The notes: a model not told the origin generated them from the sequence alone. Shown: positions 40,722-51,411, counted from the first letter of the stretch. The stretch: DNA of 64,000 bases from Alphaproteobacteria bacterium (GCA_037200745.1 JBBCHK010000009.1:56304-120303); one strand, 5' to 3'. A program made the numbers and translations.

Positions 40722-40983
40722 GTTTTTTAAGCAGTTGAATCTTTTCGATTCCTTGTTTTTGGTCTCAATCCGAACTGGGCAAATACTACCTAGAAAGGGA
40801 AGACAATGCCTAATATAGGCAAAAGTTGCTCACTTGGCAAGTATCATTTAACAGGCTGAATAAGAGAATAAATTAGGCTAAAATTCTAGCAAATAGCCGG
40901 AGAATCGGCCCTTTTGGGGCCAGCCGGGCGCGGCCGGACGGGACTCCATGGCGCGGGCAGCGGAGGAAGAAACGGCCCTGCGC

Positions 40984-42000
40984 CTATTGAAGGTCGGGAT
41001 TGATGTAGGGGTAGAGCTCGTCCTCGATGGTCGAGCCGTCCTCGTCGAAGGTGGCGAGGTGGTAGAGTCCGTCGCCCTCGTTGGCCAGCGGCAGGATGGA
41101 ATTGCCGATGATGATGCCGTCATGCGGGCTCAGTATGTCGTACTCGTAGTCGCCGAATGGGTTGGTGATGGAGCCCAGCACGTCGCCCTTGTTGGTGCTT
41201 TCGCCGAGGCGCTTGCGCGTCAGGAAAATGCCGCTGATGGGCGAGCGCACCCAGTGCGTCGACTTGGCGATGAAGAAATCGCGCGGCGCATGCTGGATGG
41301 GGTTCTCCGGCAGCATGCCGATGGCGCGCATCACGTTGAGGATGCCCTCGACGCCGAGCCGGCTCGCCCGCGCGTCGAAACGCAGCGCGGTGCCCGCTTC
41401 GTAGAGCAGCATGGGGATGCGCTTTTCCGAGACCATTTCGCGCAAGGAACCGTCGCGCGGGCTGGCGTTCAAAATGACATGCACGCCGAAGGCCTGCGCC
41501 AGCGCGAGATTGGCCGGCTGGGTAAGGTCGGCGCGGATCTGCGGCAGGTTGCGGCGGTGGATGGCGCCGGTATGCAGGTCGATGCCGTGCGTCGCCTTGG
41601 AGACGATCTCGGTGCGCAGGATGTAGGCGATCTGCGAGGCGAGCGAGCCGTGCTCCTCGCCGGGGAAGGAGCGGTTGAGGTCGCGGCGGTCGGGCAAATA
41701 GCGCGACTTGTCGTTGAAGCCGAAGACGTTGACGATGGGGATGGCGATCAGCGTGCCCTTGATGCGCTTGAGCGCCTTGTGCTTGAGCAGGCGGCGGACG
41801 ATGTCGACCCCGTTGATCTCGTCGCCGTGGATGGCGGCGGTGATGCAGAACACCGGTCCCGGCTCGGTGCCGCGAATGACGACGACGGGCATCTTCATGT
41901 CGGTGAAATCGTAGAGCTTGGCGACCGTCAGCGAGAATTGCCGGCGCTCGCCGGGCTTTATCTCTTCGCCGCCGATGATGAGCTCGTCCGTGGCGTTCAT
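40984..42000 (-). CDS. Succinylglutamate desuccinylase/aspartoacylase family protein
   Basis: AAIHGDEING, DLNRSFPG, IDLHTG, YEAG. Confidence 0.9.
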   Translation of the reverse strand: MNATDELIIGGEEIKPGERRQFSLTVAKLYDFTDMKMPVVVIRGTEPGPVFCITAAIHGDEINGVDIVRRLLKHKALKRIKGTLIAIPIVNVFGFNDKSRYLPDRRDLNRSFPGEEHGSLASQIAYILRTEIVSKATHGIDLHTGAIHRRNLPQIRADLTQPANLALAQAFGVHVILNASPRDGSLREMVSEKRIPMLLYEAGTALRFDARASRLGVEGILNVMRAIGMLPENPIQHAPRDFFIAKSTHWVRSPISGIFLTRKRLGESTNKGDVLGSITNPFGDYEYDILSPHDGIIIGNSILPLANEGDGLYHLATFDEDGSTIEDELYPYINPDLQ

Positions 42001-43391
42001 TTCCTGGCCTTGGGTTTCGCCGCCGGCTCTCCCTGCGGCTCGGACGACGTCACGCCGACATGCAGGAACTGCTGCTGCGTCACGATCGGGATGCCGTGCG
42101 TGCGGAAAGCGCGCCAGAGCGCGACGGCCACCTCGCTCTTCGGTGCGGCGGGGCTTTTATGCGCGTCCTCCAGCCAGAAGGTCAGGGTGAGCGTCACGCC
42201 GTAATTGCCGAAGGCGGTGACATAGGCGGCGGGCGAGGGGTCCTTGAGGACGCACTTGCAGGATTTCGCCGCTTCGAGCATCGGCGGCAGCGCGGTCGAG
42301 GGATCGACGTCGTAGCCGATGACGACGGTGAGCGATTGCTGGCTGAGCGTGTTGCTCATCGTCGAGTTGATGACGCGCTGGCCGATGAGGTCCTCGTTGG
42401 GGATGAGCATCTCGCGCCCGTCGCCCAGGTCGAGCCGCGTGTAGCGCGCGGCGGTGGCGCGCACGGTGCCGCTGGTGCCGTCGGTGAGGGCGATGAAATC
42501 GCCGATCTCGACCGATTTCTCGAAGAGCAGGATGATGCCGCTGATGAAGTTGCTGGCGATCTTCTGCAGGCCGAAGCCAACGCCGACGCCGACCGCGCCG
42601 GAGAACACCGACAGCGCCGTCAGGCTGACGCCGAGGATGCGCAGCCCGATCAGGAAGACGATGAAGTAAAGCACGATCTGCGTGATCTTGGCGATGAGCA
42701 CGCGGTTGCTCACATGCATCGCCTTCATGCGGCCGAGGCGGCGCTCGGTAAGGCCAAGGATGGCATTGGTGCCCCACAGCAGCAGCGCGAGCAGGGTGAC
42801 GGTGCGGAACACCGCGAGCGCCGTCAGCTGCGTGGTGCCGATGGTGAAGCTTAAGCCCTTCATCGCCGTCACCAGCGGCATCCAGACGCCGAACAGGTGC
42901 AGCAGCGTGATCGGGATGATGACCAGCACGATCACCCAGCCGGCGCTTTGCCGCGAGCTCATCTGCAGCACGAGGCGCATGGCGAGCCAGGCGATGGCGA
43001 TCTTGATCTCCATCGGCAGCAGCACCGGCTCGACGTCGCTCGCCTGCACGATCGCCAGCCCGAGCATGGCGAAGATCAGCGTCAGCCCCGGCACGAAGAA
43101 CGGCGCCGCCGATTCGCTCAGCCAGTTGGTGAGGCCGAACTTGCGCCGGCTGCGCACGAAGCGCGCGAGGCGCACGCCGATCAGCGCGGCGAGCACCGGC
43201 GCTGCGGCGACGGCGATCAGCTCGCCGGGCGTCGATGCGTCGACGCGGTCGAAGAACTGGAGGAAGGCATCGCGCGCGTCGTGGTAGAAATTGCTTAAGC
43301 GCTCGCCGAGCAGCTGCAGCCGCTGGTGGCCGGCCGCGCCGGCGTCGGCGGCGCTTGCGTTGTTCGTATTCTGCAGGGCGGGGACGGGCAT
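41997..43391 (-). CDS. Small-conductance mechanosensitive channel (MscS family)
   Basis: Multiple TMs, GVGVGFGLQKIASNFISGIILLFEK, IPNE.L. Confidence 0.9.
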   Translation of the reverse strand: MPVPALQNTNNASAADAGAAGHQRLQLLGERLSNFYHDARDAFLQFFDRVDASTPGELIAVAAAPVLAALIGVRLARFVRSRRKFGLTNWLSESAAPFFVPGLTLIFAMLGLAIVQASDVEPVLLPMEIKIAIAWLAMRLVLQMSSRQSAGWVIVLVIIPITLLHLFGVWMPLVTAMKGLSFTIGTTQLTALAVFRTVTLLALLLWGTNAILGLTERRLGRMKAMHVSNRVLIAKITQIVLYFIVFLIGLRILGVSLTALSVFSGAVGVGVGFGLQKIASNFISGIILLFEKSVEIGDFIALTDGTSGTVRATAARYTRLDLGDGREMLIPNEDLIGQRVINSTMSNTLSQQSLTVVIGYDVDPSTALPPMLEAAKSCKCVLKDPSPAAYVTAFGNYGVTLTLTFWLEDAHKSPAAPKSEVAVALWRAFRTHGIPIVTQQQFLHVGVTSSEPQGEPAAKPKARK

Positions 43392-43434
43392 GGACTTCTT
43401 TTTAGCGATGTGACGAGCAGATGCAACTATTGCC

Positions 43435-43525
43435 GTCATTGCGAGGAGCACCGCGACGAAGCAATCCAGTCCTTGCCGGTTGCGCTGACTGGATTGCCGC
43501 GCTTCCGTTGGTCGCTCGCAATGAC
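43435..43525. repeat. Family B palindromic element
   Basis: GTCATTGCGAGGAG...CTCGCAATGAC. Confidence 0.85.
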
Positions 43526-43601
43526 GGATATATCCACAAGCCGCCGCGCAAGTTTTCAAGTTTATTGCGCAGTGCAGCATGATGGGCTAGCACTTCGGAA
43601 C

Positions 43602-44867
43602 ATGGCACCTGTGCACGTCGATACCGGAAACACCACCTGGCTCCTGCTTTCCGCCGCGCTGGTGATGCTGATGACCCCCGGCCTCGCCTTCTTCTATGCC
43701 GGGATGGTCCACCGCAAGAACGTCGTCTCCACGCTGCTGCAGAATTACGTCGCGCTGGCGCTGGTCGGCATCCTGTGGGTGGTCGCGGGCTACAGCCTCG
43801 TCTTCACCGAGCACTCGCCTTATATCGGCGGCCTCAAATACGCGATGCTCCACGGCGTCGACAAGGAATTCTACCAGGACACCGGCATTCCGCTCATGGC
43901 CTACATGGCCTTCCAGATGATGTTCGCCATCATCACCCCCGCGCTGATCACCGGCGCCTTCGCCGAGCGGGTGAACTTCAAGGCGTGGCTCATCATCATG
44001 GCGATATGGAGCATGGTGGTCTACGTGCCCGTCGCGCACTGGGTGTGGGGCCCGGGCGGCTGGCTCGCCGATCTTGGCGCGCTGGATTTCGCCGGCGGGC
44101 TGGTGGTGCATATCACCGCCGGCGTCTCGGCGCTCGCCTGCGGGCTGCTCTTCGGCAGCCGGCAGAACCGCGAGGAAGTGAAGCCCAACGACGTGCCGCA
44201 GATCATGCTCGGCGCGGCGCTGCTGTGGTTCGGCTGGTTCGGCTTCAATGCCGGCTCGGCGGTGACGGCGGGCGCGCTCGCCGCCTACGCCTTCGTCAAC
44301 ACCTTCATCGCCGCCGCCGCCGCGTTCCTCGCCTGGATGGTCATCGAATGGCTCCATGAAGGCCGTCCGACGGCGGTGGGCGCTTCGGTCGGCCTCGTGG
44401 TCGGCCTCGTCGCCATCACCCCGGCGGCGGGCTACGTCACCGTGAGCTCGGCGCTCATCATCGGGACGGTCGCGAGCTTCGTCGCCTACTTCGCCGCGAA
44501 GGCGGTGAAAAAGATCACCCATCTCGACGACGCGCTCGACGTCTTCGCCTGCCACGGCATCGGCGGCATCGTCGGCGCCATCCTGACGGGCTGTTACGCC
44601 AGCAAGGAAGTCAACGCCGCCGGCGTTCCCGTCGAGGGGCTGTTCGTCTCCGGCGAGACGAAGCTGTTCTTCGCCAACCTCGAATCGGTCGGCGTGGTCG
44701 TCGTCTTCGCCTTCGTGATGACGATCATCATCGTCAAGCTGGTGAATCTCTTCGTACCCATCCGCGTCGGCGTCGACGCCGAGGGCCACGGCCTCGACCT
44801 CTCCACCCACGGCGAACGCGCGCGGCACGAGGAGCCCAGCGAAATGAATCCCTATAGCTGGCGATAG
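43602..44867 (+). CDS. amtB: Ammonium transporter
   Basis: LMTPGLAFFYAG, FQMMFAIITPAL, DFAGGLVVH, WFGWFGFNAGS, DDALDVFACHG. Confidence 0.96.
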   Translation: MAPVHVDTGNTTWLLLSAALVMLMTPGLAFFYAGMVHRKNVVSTLLQNYVALALVGILWVVAGYSLVFTEHSPYIGGLKYAMLHGVDKEFYQDTGIPLMAYMAFQMMFAIITPALITGAFAERVNFKAWLIIMAIWSMVVYVPVAHWVWGPGGWLADLGALDFAGGLVVHITAGVSALACGLLFGSRQNREEVKPNDVPQIMLGAALLWFGWFGFNAGSAVTAGALAAYAFVNTFIAAAAAFLAWMVIEWLHEGRPTAVGASVGLVVGLVAITPAAGYVTVSSALIIGTVASFVAYFAAKAVKKITHLDDALDVFACHGIGGIVGAILTGCYASKEVNAAGVPVEGLFVSGETKLFFANLESVGVVVVFAFVMTIIIVKLVNLFVPIRVGVDAEGHGLDLSTHGERARHEEPSEMNPYSWR

Positions 44868-44872
44868 TCTTT

Positions 44873-45012
44873 AGTGGTGCGCTGACGCGCGCGGGGGGCG
44901 AAGACGCCCCCGCTACCGGTTGACTCGCTATCGCTCGTCTCCCTCCGCTTCGCTCCGGGTCCCCTCGTTCGCTTCGCTCCGGCTCGCCTATTCGGCTACG
45001 CAAGGCAGTGCG
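44873..45012 (+). repeat. Family C repeat, overlapping the 3' end of the GT9 gene
   Basis: GTGGTGCGCTGACGCGC...CTCCGGCTCGCCTATTCGGCTACGCAAGGCAGTGCGG. Confidence 0.8.
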
Positions 45013-45902
45013 GCAAGTTCGGTGAACGCTTCCGCCACCATCGGCGGCGTCAACGCGCTGAGTTCCTTATTCGGCGCGACGAGCGTTTTCGCGCATCTGC
45101 CCCACGGTTGATACACGATCGCGTTGGTCGGGCCGAAAAGCCCGAGCGTGGGGATGCCGGCGGCGGCGGCCATGTGCATCAGGCCGGAGTCGTTGCCGAT
45201 ATAGCCCTGCGCGCGCTCCATGCAGGCGTAGATGGTGAGCAGCTCCTGCGCGCCGGTGGTGAGGTCGATGGGCGCGTAGGGGGCGAGCGCCTCGAGCAGC
45301 TTCAGCGCGCGCTCGCGCTCATGCGGCGCGCAGACGACGACCGGGCGCCAGCCCTTGCACGCGCCGTCGAGCAGCAGCTTTCCGAGCGCGGCGAAATTCT
45401 CCATCGGCCATTCTTTCGGCGGCCAGTTGGCGCAGGGGCCGAGCACGAGGTATTTCCCGCCGTCGGGAAGCAGCGTGGCCGCCTGCGCGCGGTCGGCTTC
45501 GCCGGGCCAGAGGATCGGCAGCGGCAGCGGGCCGGTGCGCAGCATTTCCTCGAACTGCTTCACCTTGGGAAGGCTGTCGCTGCCGCCGCGAAAAACATGG
45601 CGGCGGAAGGTCGGCAGCACGTAGCCGATCGCCGAGCCGTACATGTCCCCAGACGTCGCTCCACGCATGCGCCCAGCCGACGGCGAGCAGGGTGAGCCAG
45701 TGCGTGCGGCGGCGCTTGTCCTTCTTGAAAACGACGGTGCGCTCCAGCAGCGGGTAATGCGCGTAGAGCGGCGCGGAGAACGGGCTGGCGACGATGCTCA
45801 CGCGCGCCTGCGGATGGCGCGCGCGATGTGGCGCAGCAGGGCGGAGGCGAGCACCGCGTCGCCGATGCGCGTCGGCGCGTAGAACAGGATGCGCTGTGTC
45901 AT
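44988..45902 (-). CDS. Glycosyltransferase family 9 (LPS heptosyltransferase-like), frameshifted
   Basis: MTQRILFYAPTRIGDAVL; KEWP..F; GNDSGLMHMAAAAGIPTLGLFGPT. Confidence 0.88.
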
Positions 45903-45927
45903 GGCGGTTTCCTAGCGGAGTTTTTTC

Positions 45928-46009
45928 GTCATTGCGAGGAGCATCGCGACGAAGCAATCCGGTCCTTGCAACAGGCAGCCCTGGATTGCTCCGCTACGCT
46001 CGCAATGAC
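45928..46009. repeat. Family B palindromic element
   Basis: GTCATTGCGAGGAGCATCGCGACGAAGCAATCC...CTCGCAATGAC. Confidence 0.85.
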
Positions 46010-46053
46010 GTGAAAATGTTTACAACGGGCGCGGCAAAGCCCATATTTCGCTT

Positions 46054-46732
46054 ATGATCCGTTTCGACAACCACGCCTTCAAGGGCCTCGACGATTCGCT
46101 GCACCGGCTGTTCGGGCTGCTCGAGGCGATGTGCGGGCACGTGGGCGAGCTCGTCGCCATGCTGCCGCGCGCCCTCGAAATGGCCGACCCGCATTCCTTC
46201 GACGAAGCCAAGGCCATCGACAAGCGCATCAACGAGGCCGAGCGGCAGACCGACCAGACCGTGACCCCAGATCATTAATAAATTCTCCACCGGGGCGGAG
46301 GAGCTGCGCTTCATCCTCGGCGCGATCAAGATCGCCGGGCAGCTCGAACGCGCGGCGGACAAGCTCAAGAATTGCCTGAAGCGCCTGTCGCGCCGCTCCG
46401 GCCCGCTCGACGCGGTGGTGAAGGCGGAGCTCGCCGCCGCCGTCGCCGCCGTCACCGCGATGCTGCCGCTCATCGAATCGCAGATCCTCGACTACACGCC
46501 CGAGCGCGCGATCGCGCTGCTCGCGCACGGCGCCGCCGTGCAGAAATCCTACCGGCAGATACTGCTGCACCTGCACCAGCACCGTCCCGCGCAGGCGGGG
46601 GACGACCAGCATATCCTGCTGGTCGCCAAGAACCTCGAGCAGACGGCCGACATGGCGGTGGAGATCATGAAGATCTGCCACTTCATCCATTTCGGCACGA
46701 AATACGAGAAAGCGAAAGAAGCGCAGGGCTAG
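46054..46732 (+). CDS. phoU: PhoU-like protein (frameshift ~46265)
   Basis: D..INEAE, ELRFILGAIKIAGQLERAAD, AKNLEQTADMAVEI: PhoU helical repeats, somewhat divergent. Confidence 0.7.
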
Positions 46733-46742
46733 GCGCGTCGTC

Positions 46743-46946
46743 CTACGAGGACTGCGGGCGCCGGTTCGACAGGATCATGGTATTGAATTCATCCCGGGTG
46801 ATGGGAATGCCCTCGAATTCGATCTCCATGCGCGGTCCGGGAACGAAGCCGATGCCTGCGCGGTACATCTCGGCGATGTCGGGCTCTTCCTGCCGCTCCA
46901 GGATGCGGCAGGGAATGTCGTCGAGCCTGTAGTAGTGGCAGATCAT
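46743..46946 (-). CDS. Small hypothetical protein (67 aa) translationally coupled to upstream gene
   Basis: ATGA overlap with 46943..48583. Confidence 0.55.
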   Translation of the reverse strand: MICHYYRLDDIPCRILERQEEPDIAEMYRAGIGFVPGPRMEIEFEGIPITRDEFNTMILSNRRPQSS

Positions 46947-48583
46947 CGCGCGGCCCCGCGTTTTCGCTCCATGGTCTCGTTCTCGTGCATCAATTCGGTG
47001 GACTCGATGCTGGTCCCGTCCTTGCCGCCGAGGATCACGCCGTCGATGAACTGCTGGGGCATCACCCCGGGTTGTTTCTGGTTGAGGTGCCTCGCCTCGC
47101 GTACCCAGAGCTTTCTCATGTCCTCGGGAGCATCCTGCATGTAATAGGCGCTGGTCATTTGGATCAACACGTTCAGGCGCTTCATTTGCTGCTCGATGAG
47201 CTTGTCGTCCATTTTTCCCGAAAGCCGGGGTATGGGGAAGACCTTCTGCTGCTTGCTGGGATCGAGGTGCTCCCCGAATCTCTCCAGGTGCACGCTGCCG
47301 AGGGATTGCAGGTAATCGCGATACGAAGCGAAGGCCGGCGCATTCTGGAAGAATTCGGTGCGGGTGCTCTCGTATTGGGGAAAATCGTATGCCTCCTCGA
47401 TCCTGGTAAGGGCATGTGCAGGGGATACATCGAAACCGCTCCGTCGGGCCCGGCCATGCGGCCGGGAAGCGAGGGATGCGGGCTGCTCTTCTTCGGGTTG
47501 GCGCCGTATCAGGCTGTCGATGCTTTCATGCTTGGCTTTTCCGGCCATTACGTTGAGCGCATTAGTGACCTCTTGGTAGTCCTCCGTGGAGAATCCGAGC
47601 GGGGCGGTGGGTGCCATGCCCGGCCTCGTCTCGACGGCCGCGATCCGGTTCATCAGGCTGATCGCCTCGTTGTAACGCCGAAGGACCAGGAGTTTGCGCA
47701 GCTGGTGCGTTTCCGCATTGGGATCCGGATCGCTCTGGTACGTTTCCCACGCACGGACGATCTCGTAGAAGATATGATTGATCTTGCCTGCGACGTATTC
47801 CTGCTGGAAGGGAACGAACTGCACTTCCGCCGGCTCACCGTAGACGCGTGTGGTCAGGGTGCGTTTCAGCAGGCCGCCGCGGACTATTCCCCACGGTTCG
47901 ATATCGCACGAGAAGTCACCGATCTCCGGGTTATGGGTTGCCTTGGTCACTTTCTTCAGCTTATCCACCATCCGGTCCAGCACTTGCGGTTCGTGGGCGA
48001 TCACCATGATGCGTGCGACGTCCTTCACCTTGCGGGTGTCGCCACCGTATCGGCGCAGCGCCTTTTCCCGGATGCTCTTTTCGGATTTCAGGCCACTGGT
48101 CTTAAGGGAGATGCCTGCGAAGTTCTGCTCCGAAAAGGCGTTGAAAGCGGCCACGCGCTCGAACTCGTCGCCACATCCGGCGCGGATGGCCTTGTAGGCC
48201 TCCTCGGCCGTCCGGCAGACATCGCCTTCATCGTTGTATAAATAGAGCGTGACCGGGTAGGATTGATCGCGGTTGGTCTTCCTCGACGTGTAATGGCGGG
48301 TGATGGTGATCTCCGGCTGGACGGGCAACCGGTATTCCTTCACGTGCTCGTAAACTTCATCCAGCCCGCCCCGGATGGCCATGTTGACGAGCTCGTCCTG
48401 CGCTTCCTGGCGTTCCAGCAGGACGGAAGAAGAGACCTCGGGCATATCGGCGGCGTTATCCGGCTCCGGCTGAGGTCGCGGTGGGGCAGGCTGGGGCAGC
48501 CGCTGACTGTCGGCGAGCGTAGCCGGCCGCTGCTGGTATCGCTGCGGTCTGCTACGGCTGATCCGATCTTTTTTATCACCCAT
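46943..48583 (-). CDS. Protein with RelA/SpoT-like nucleotidyltransferase domain
   Basis: LKSEKSIREKALRRYGGD...DVAR and EVQF resemble RSH synthetase motifs; disordered N-terminus. Confidence 0.6.
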   Translation of the reverse strand: MGDKKDRISRSRPQRYQQRPATLADSQRLPQPAPPRPQPEPDNAADMPEVSSSVLLERQEAQDELVNMAIRGGLDEVYEHVKEYRLPVQPEITITRHYTSRKTNRDQSYPVTLYLYNDEGDVCRTAEEAYKAIRAGCGDEFERVAAFNAFSEQNFAGISLKTSGLKSEKSIREKALRRYGGDTRKVKDVARIMVIAHEPQVLDRMVDKLKKVTKATHNPEIGDFSCDIEPWGIVRGGLLKRTLTTRVYGEPAEVQFVPFQQEYVAGKINHIFYEIVRAWETYQSDPDPNAETHQLRKLLVLRRYNEAISLMNRIAAVETRPGMAPTAPLGFSTEDYQEVTNALNVMAGKAKHESIDSLIRRQPEEEQPASLASRPHGRARRSGFDVSPAHALTRIEEAYDFPQYESTRTEFFQNAPAFASYRDYLQSLGSVHLERFGEHLDPSKQQKVFPIPRLSGKMDDKLIEQQMKRLNVLIQMTSAYYMQDAPEDMRKLWVREARHLNQKQPGVMPQQFIDGVILGGKDGTSIESTELMHENETMERKRGAAR

Positions 48584-48728
48584 CCGGCGCTATTTCCCTC
48601 GTCCTACAACGCATCAGCGTAACATGGGTAATCTGGCGCGGACGTTAAGGAATTGTGAAATTCCGGTGCCGAATCGTCATCAGACCGTCACAATTTTATC
48701 CTATACTGGGTAGGAACATTGGGTAGCG

Positions 48729-49259
48729 ATGGTGGACGACGACCAGAACAATTTCTCGCGGATCGGGTATAGATTTCTTGTCCCGGTAGTCGCCGTCGCC
48801 AGCGGGATCGCCGGCGCGGTCGGCGCGGCGCATACCACGATACGCAACCGCTTCTCCAAGGATATACGGCTTGCCACCTCGCTCCAGCACATCAACGATC
48901 CCTATTACGAAGACCTCGACCGCTACGCGACGGAGTTCTTCAAGGACAAGACCATCGATGCAAAAGCCTGGCGCAAAAGACAGGCGCGCGCAAGGTGCCT
49001 CCACGCGAAAGAGCTTGCCACGGAGCTTACCGAACGCGGGTTCCCGTCCGCCAGCAGCGGCATCGAGGGGTATCTCAAGGAATTCAGCATGCGCTACGAG
49101 ATGATGAGCCCGAACTCGAAACGCGCCATCGTCGTCAACTCCGCGATCACCGCGGCCATCGGCTTCGGCGGCATATTCACCTTCTTCAATAATATGCAGA
49201 CCCGCCACTACATCGACCGGATGGCGCATAAGCAATCGCCCTCCAACGAACGCCAATAG
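48729..49259 (+). CDS. Hypothetical membrane protein (2 TM)
   Basis: ORF with two hydrophobic segments. Confidence 0.6.
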   Translation: MVDDDQNNFSRIGYRFLVPVVAVASGIAGAVGAAHTTIRNRFSKDIRLATSLQHINDPYYEDLDRYATEFFKDKTIDAKAWRKRQARARCLHAKELATELTERGFPSASSGIEGYLKEFSMRYEMMSPNSKRAIVVNSAITAAIGFGGIFTFFNNMQTRHYIDRMAHKQSPSNERQ

Positions 49260-49315
49260 CGTCCGCGCGGCGCCCGGCGCTCAACAGAATATGGAAAAGT
49301 TTCCGTGAGTCTCGC

Positions 49316-49919
49316 TCATCCGCGCTTGCGGCCGGGATCGGCGAAAATCCGCTCGATGCGCCGGTCCGGCACCAGCCAGACGAGCGCCACCAGCGCGTAG
49401 ATCGCCTGCGCCGCCCACACCCAGTAAAAACGACAGCACGATCGCCGCGAGGTAGCCTAGCAGCGACAGCTTGCCCTTGAGGTCGCGGCCGATGGCGCGC
49501 GCCAGCAGCGAGCCGTCGCCATGCGTGTGCAGGATGGCCCACTGCAGGACGGCATAGGCGAGCGCCGCCATCAGCAGCACGAAGCCGTACAGCGCGGTAG
49601 GCAGCGGCGCCGTGTGGTGCAGGCCCACCCACTCGGTGGTGAACGGCACCAGCGACAGCCAGAACAGCAAATGGAGATTCGCCCACAGCATGCCGCCACT
49701 GACATGCTGCGCGGTGTGGAGCATGTGGTGGTGGTTGCTCCAGTAGATGCCGAGATAGAGGAAGCTCAGCACGTAGCCGAGGATCGACGGCAGCAGCGGC
49801 AGCAGCGCATCCCAGCCGTCGCCCGCCGGGCTCTTGAGCTCGAGCACCATGATGGTGATGAGGATGGCGAATACCCCGTCGCTGAACGCCTCGAGCCGCC
49901 CTTTGCCCATGATGGTCAT
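49316..49919 (-). CDS. TMEM175 family (DUF1211) potassium channel, frameshift near 3' end
   Basis: RLEAFSDGVFAILITIMVLEL, IYWSNHH, WLSLVPFTT, WLVPDRRIE. Confidence 0.9.
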
Positions 49920-50040
49920 AGGGAAGGTCTAGCGCAAATCCGTGGAAAGAAAAGCGCCGAGCGCGGGCTGCGCGGCCCGGGAAAATGCTTTACGCTTGCG
50001 CCCTGGGCCCGGCAATGCTAGCTGCCTTCACGTTTCAGGC

Positions 50041-50130
50041 GGACAGGTGACCGAGTGGTTGAAGGTACCAGTCTCGAAAACTGGCATACTCGCAAGGGTA
50101 TCGTGGGTTCGAATCCCACCCTGTCCGCCA
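50041..50130 (+). tRNA. tRNA-Ser (CGA)
   Basis: GGACAGG/CCTGTCC acceptor stem, anticodon arm CCAGT-CTCGAAA-ACTGG, long variable arm, GGTTCGAATCC, CCA. Confidence 0.96.
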
Positions 50131-50135
50131 ATTTT

Positions 50136-51366
50136 CTAGGTCGAGCTGTGGGCGGGCCGCGTCAGCTCGGCCTGCATGACGCTGCAGCGTTCGCTGGCGA
50201 AGCTGGCGATGCAGCTGGCCAAATAATAATGCCAGAGGCGGATGAAATGCTCGTCGCGGCCCATGGCGCGGACTTCGGGCAGGTGCGCGTCGAAGCGCTC
50301 CAGCCATTCGACCAGCGTGCGCTCGTAATCGTGGCCGAAGCCGAACTGCTCGTGGACGGCGAGGCCGGCTTTCTCCGCCTCCTCCCTGAAGCGCTCGCGC
50401 GAGGGCAGGGCGCCGCCGGGGAAGATGTAGGTGTCGATGAAGCCGGACTGGCCCTTGGTGTCGAGGTAGGTCTGGTGGTCGATGGTGATCGACTGGATCA
50501 TCGCCTTGCCCGCCGGGTTTCAGGCAGCGGAACACGTGGGTGAAATACTGCGGCCAGTATTCCTCGCCGACATGCTCGAACATGCCGATGGAGACGATGA
50601 AATCGTATGGCTCGGTCACGTCACGGTAATCGACGAGGCGGATGTCGGCGAGCTTGTCGAGCCCGGCGCGCGCGAGCCGCGCCTGCGCGTATTCCGCCTG
50701 CGGCTCGGAAAGCGTGATGCCGGTGACGCGGACGCCGGATCGCGCCGCCGCCTCGGCGAAGCCGCCCCAGCCGCAGCCGATCTCGAGGATGCGCTGGCCG
50801 GGCTGCACGTTAAGCTTGCCGAGGATGCGGCGGTATTTGGCCTGCTGCGCGTCTTCCAGGCTGCGCGATGCGTCGCCTTCGAACAGGGCGCTGGAATAGG
50901 TCATGCTGTCGTCGAGCCAGAGCCGGTAGAAATCGTTGCCGAGGTTGTAATGGGCGGCGACGTTGCGCTTGCTGGCACCGCGCGTGTTGCGCGAGAGGGC
51001 GTGGCGCAGCTTGAACCAGATCATGCGCAGCGGCTGGCCGAAGAAGAAGCTCTCGATGGCGTCGAGGTTGAGCAGCAGGAAGGTGAGCAGCGCGCCCAGG
51101 TCCTCGCTGTCCCACAGCCCTTCGATATAGGCCTCGGCGAAGCCGACCTGGCCGCGCATCACCGCTTCGTCGAGCGCGTGCCAGTCGTGCACGCTCATCT
51201 GCACGGCGGGGCCGGGCTTCGTGCCGGTGAAAACGCGGTGCTCGCCCTCGGGCGTGGTGAAATTCAGGCTGCCGACGGAAATTTTCTCCAGCGCGGCCAT
51301 GAAGACGCCGTGCGGGCCGTCGCCCATCGCGGGGAGATGCTTGCTGGCGGTCGCGGTCATCGGCAT
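50136..51366 (-). CDS. cfa: Cyclopropane-fatty-acyl-phospholipid synthase family methyltransferase (frameshift ~50510)
   Basis: HYNLGNDFY..WLD.SMTYS, LEIGCGWG, SIGMFEHVG, YIFPGG. Confidence 0.92.
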
Positions 51367-51411
51367 GCGCTCGTCGGTAGCGGACGGGTCATAAAAAACC
51401 TATAGGATGGC

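Noticed and set aside
43540..43601. Sigma54/NtrC sites upstream of amtB
   Set aside because: No convincing TGGCAC-N5-TTGC or TGCACC-N5-GGTGCA match
50041..50130. tRNA-Ser as a second integration site
   Set aside because: No duplicated 3' fragment or integrase nearby; cfa ends immediately downstream
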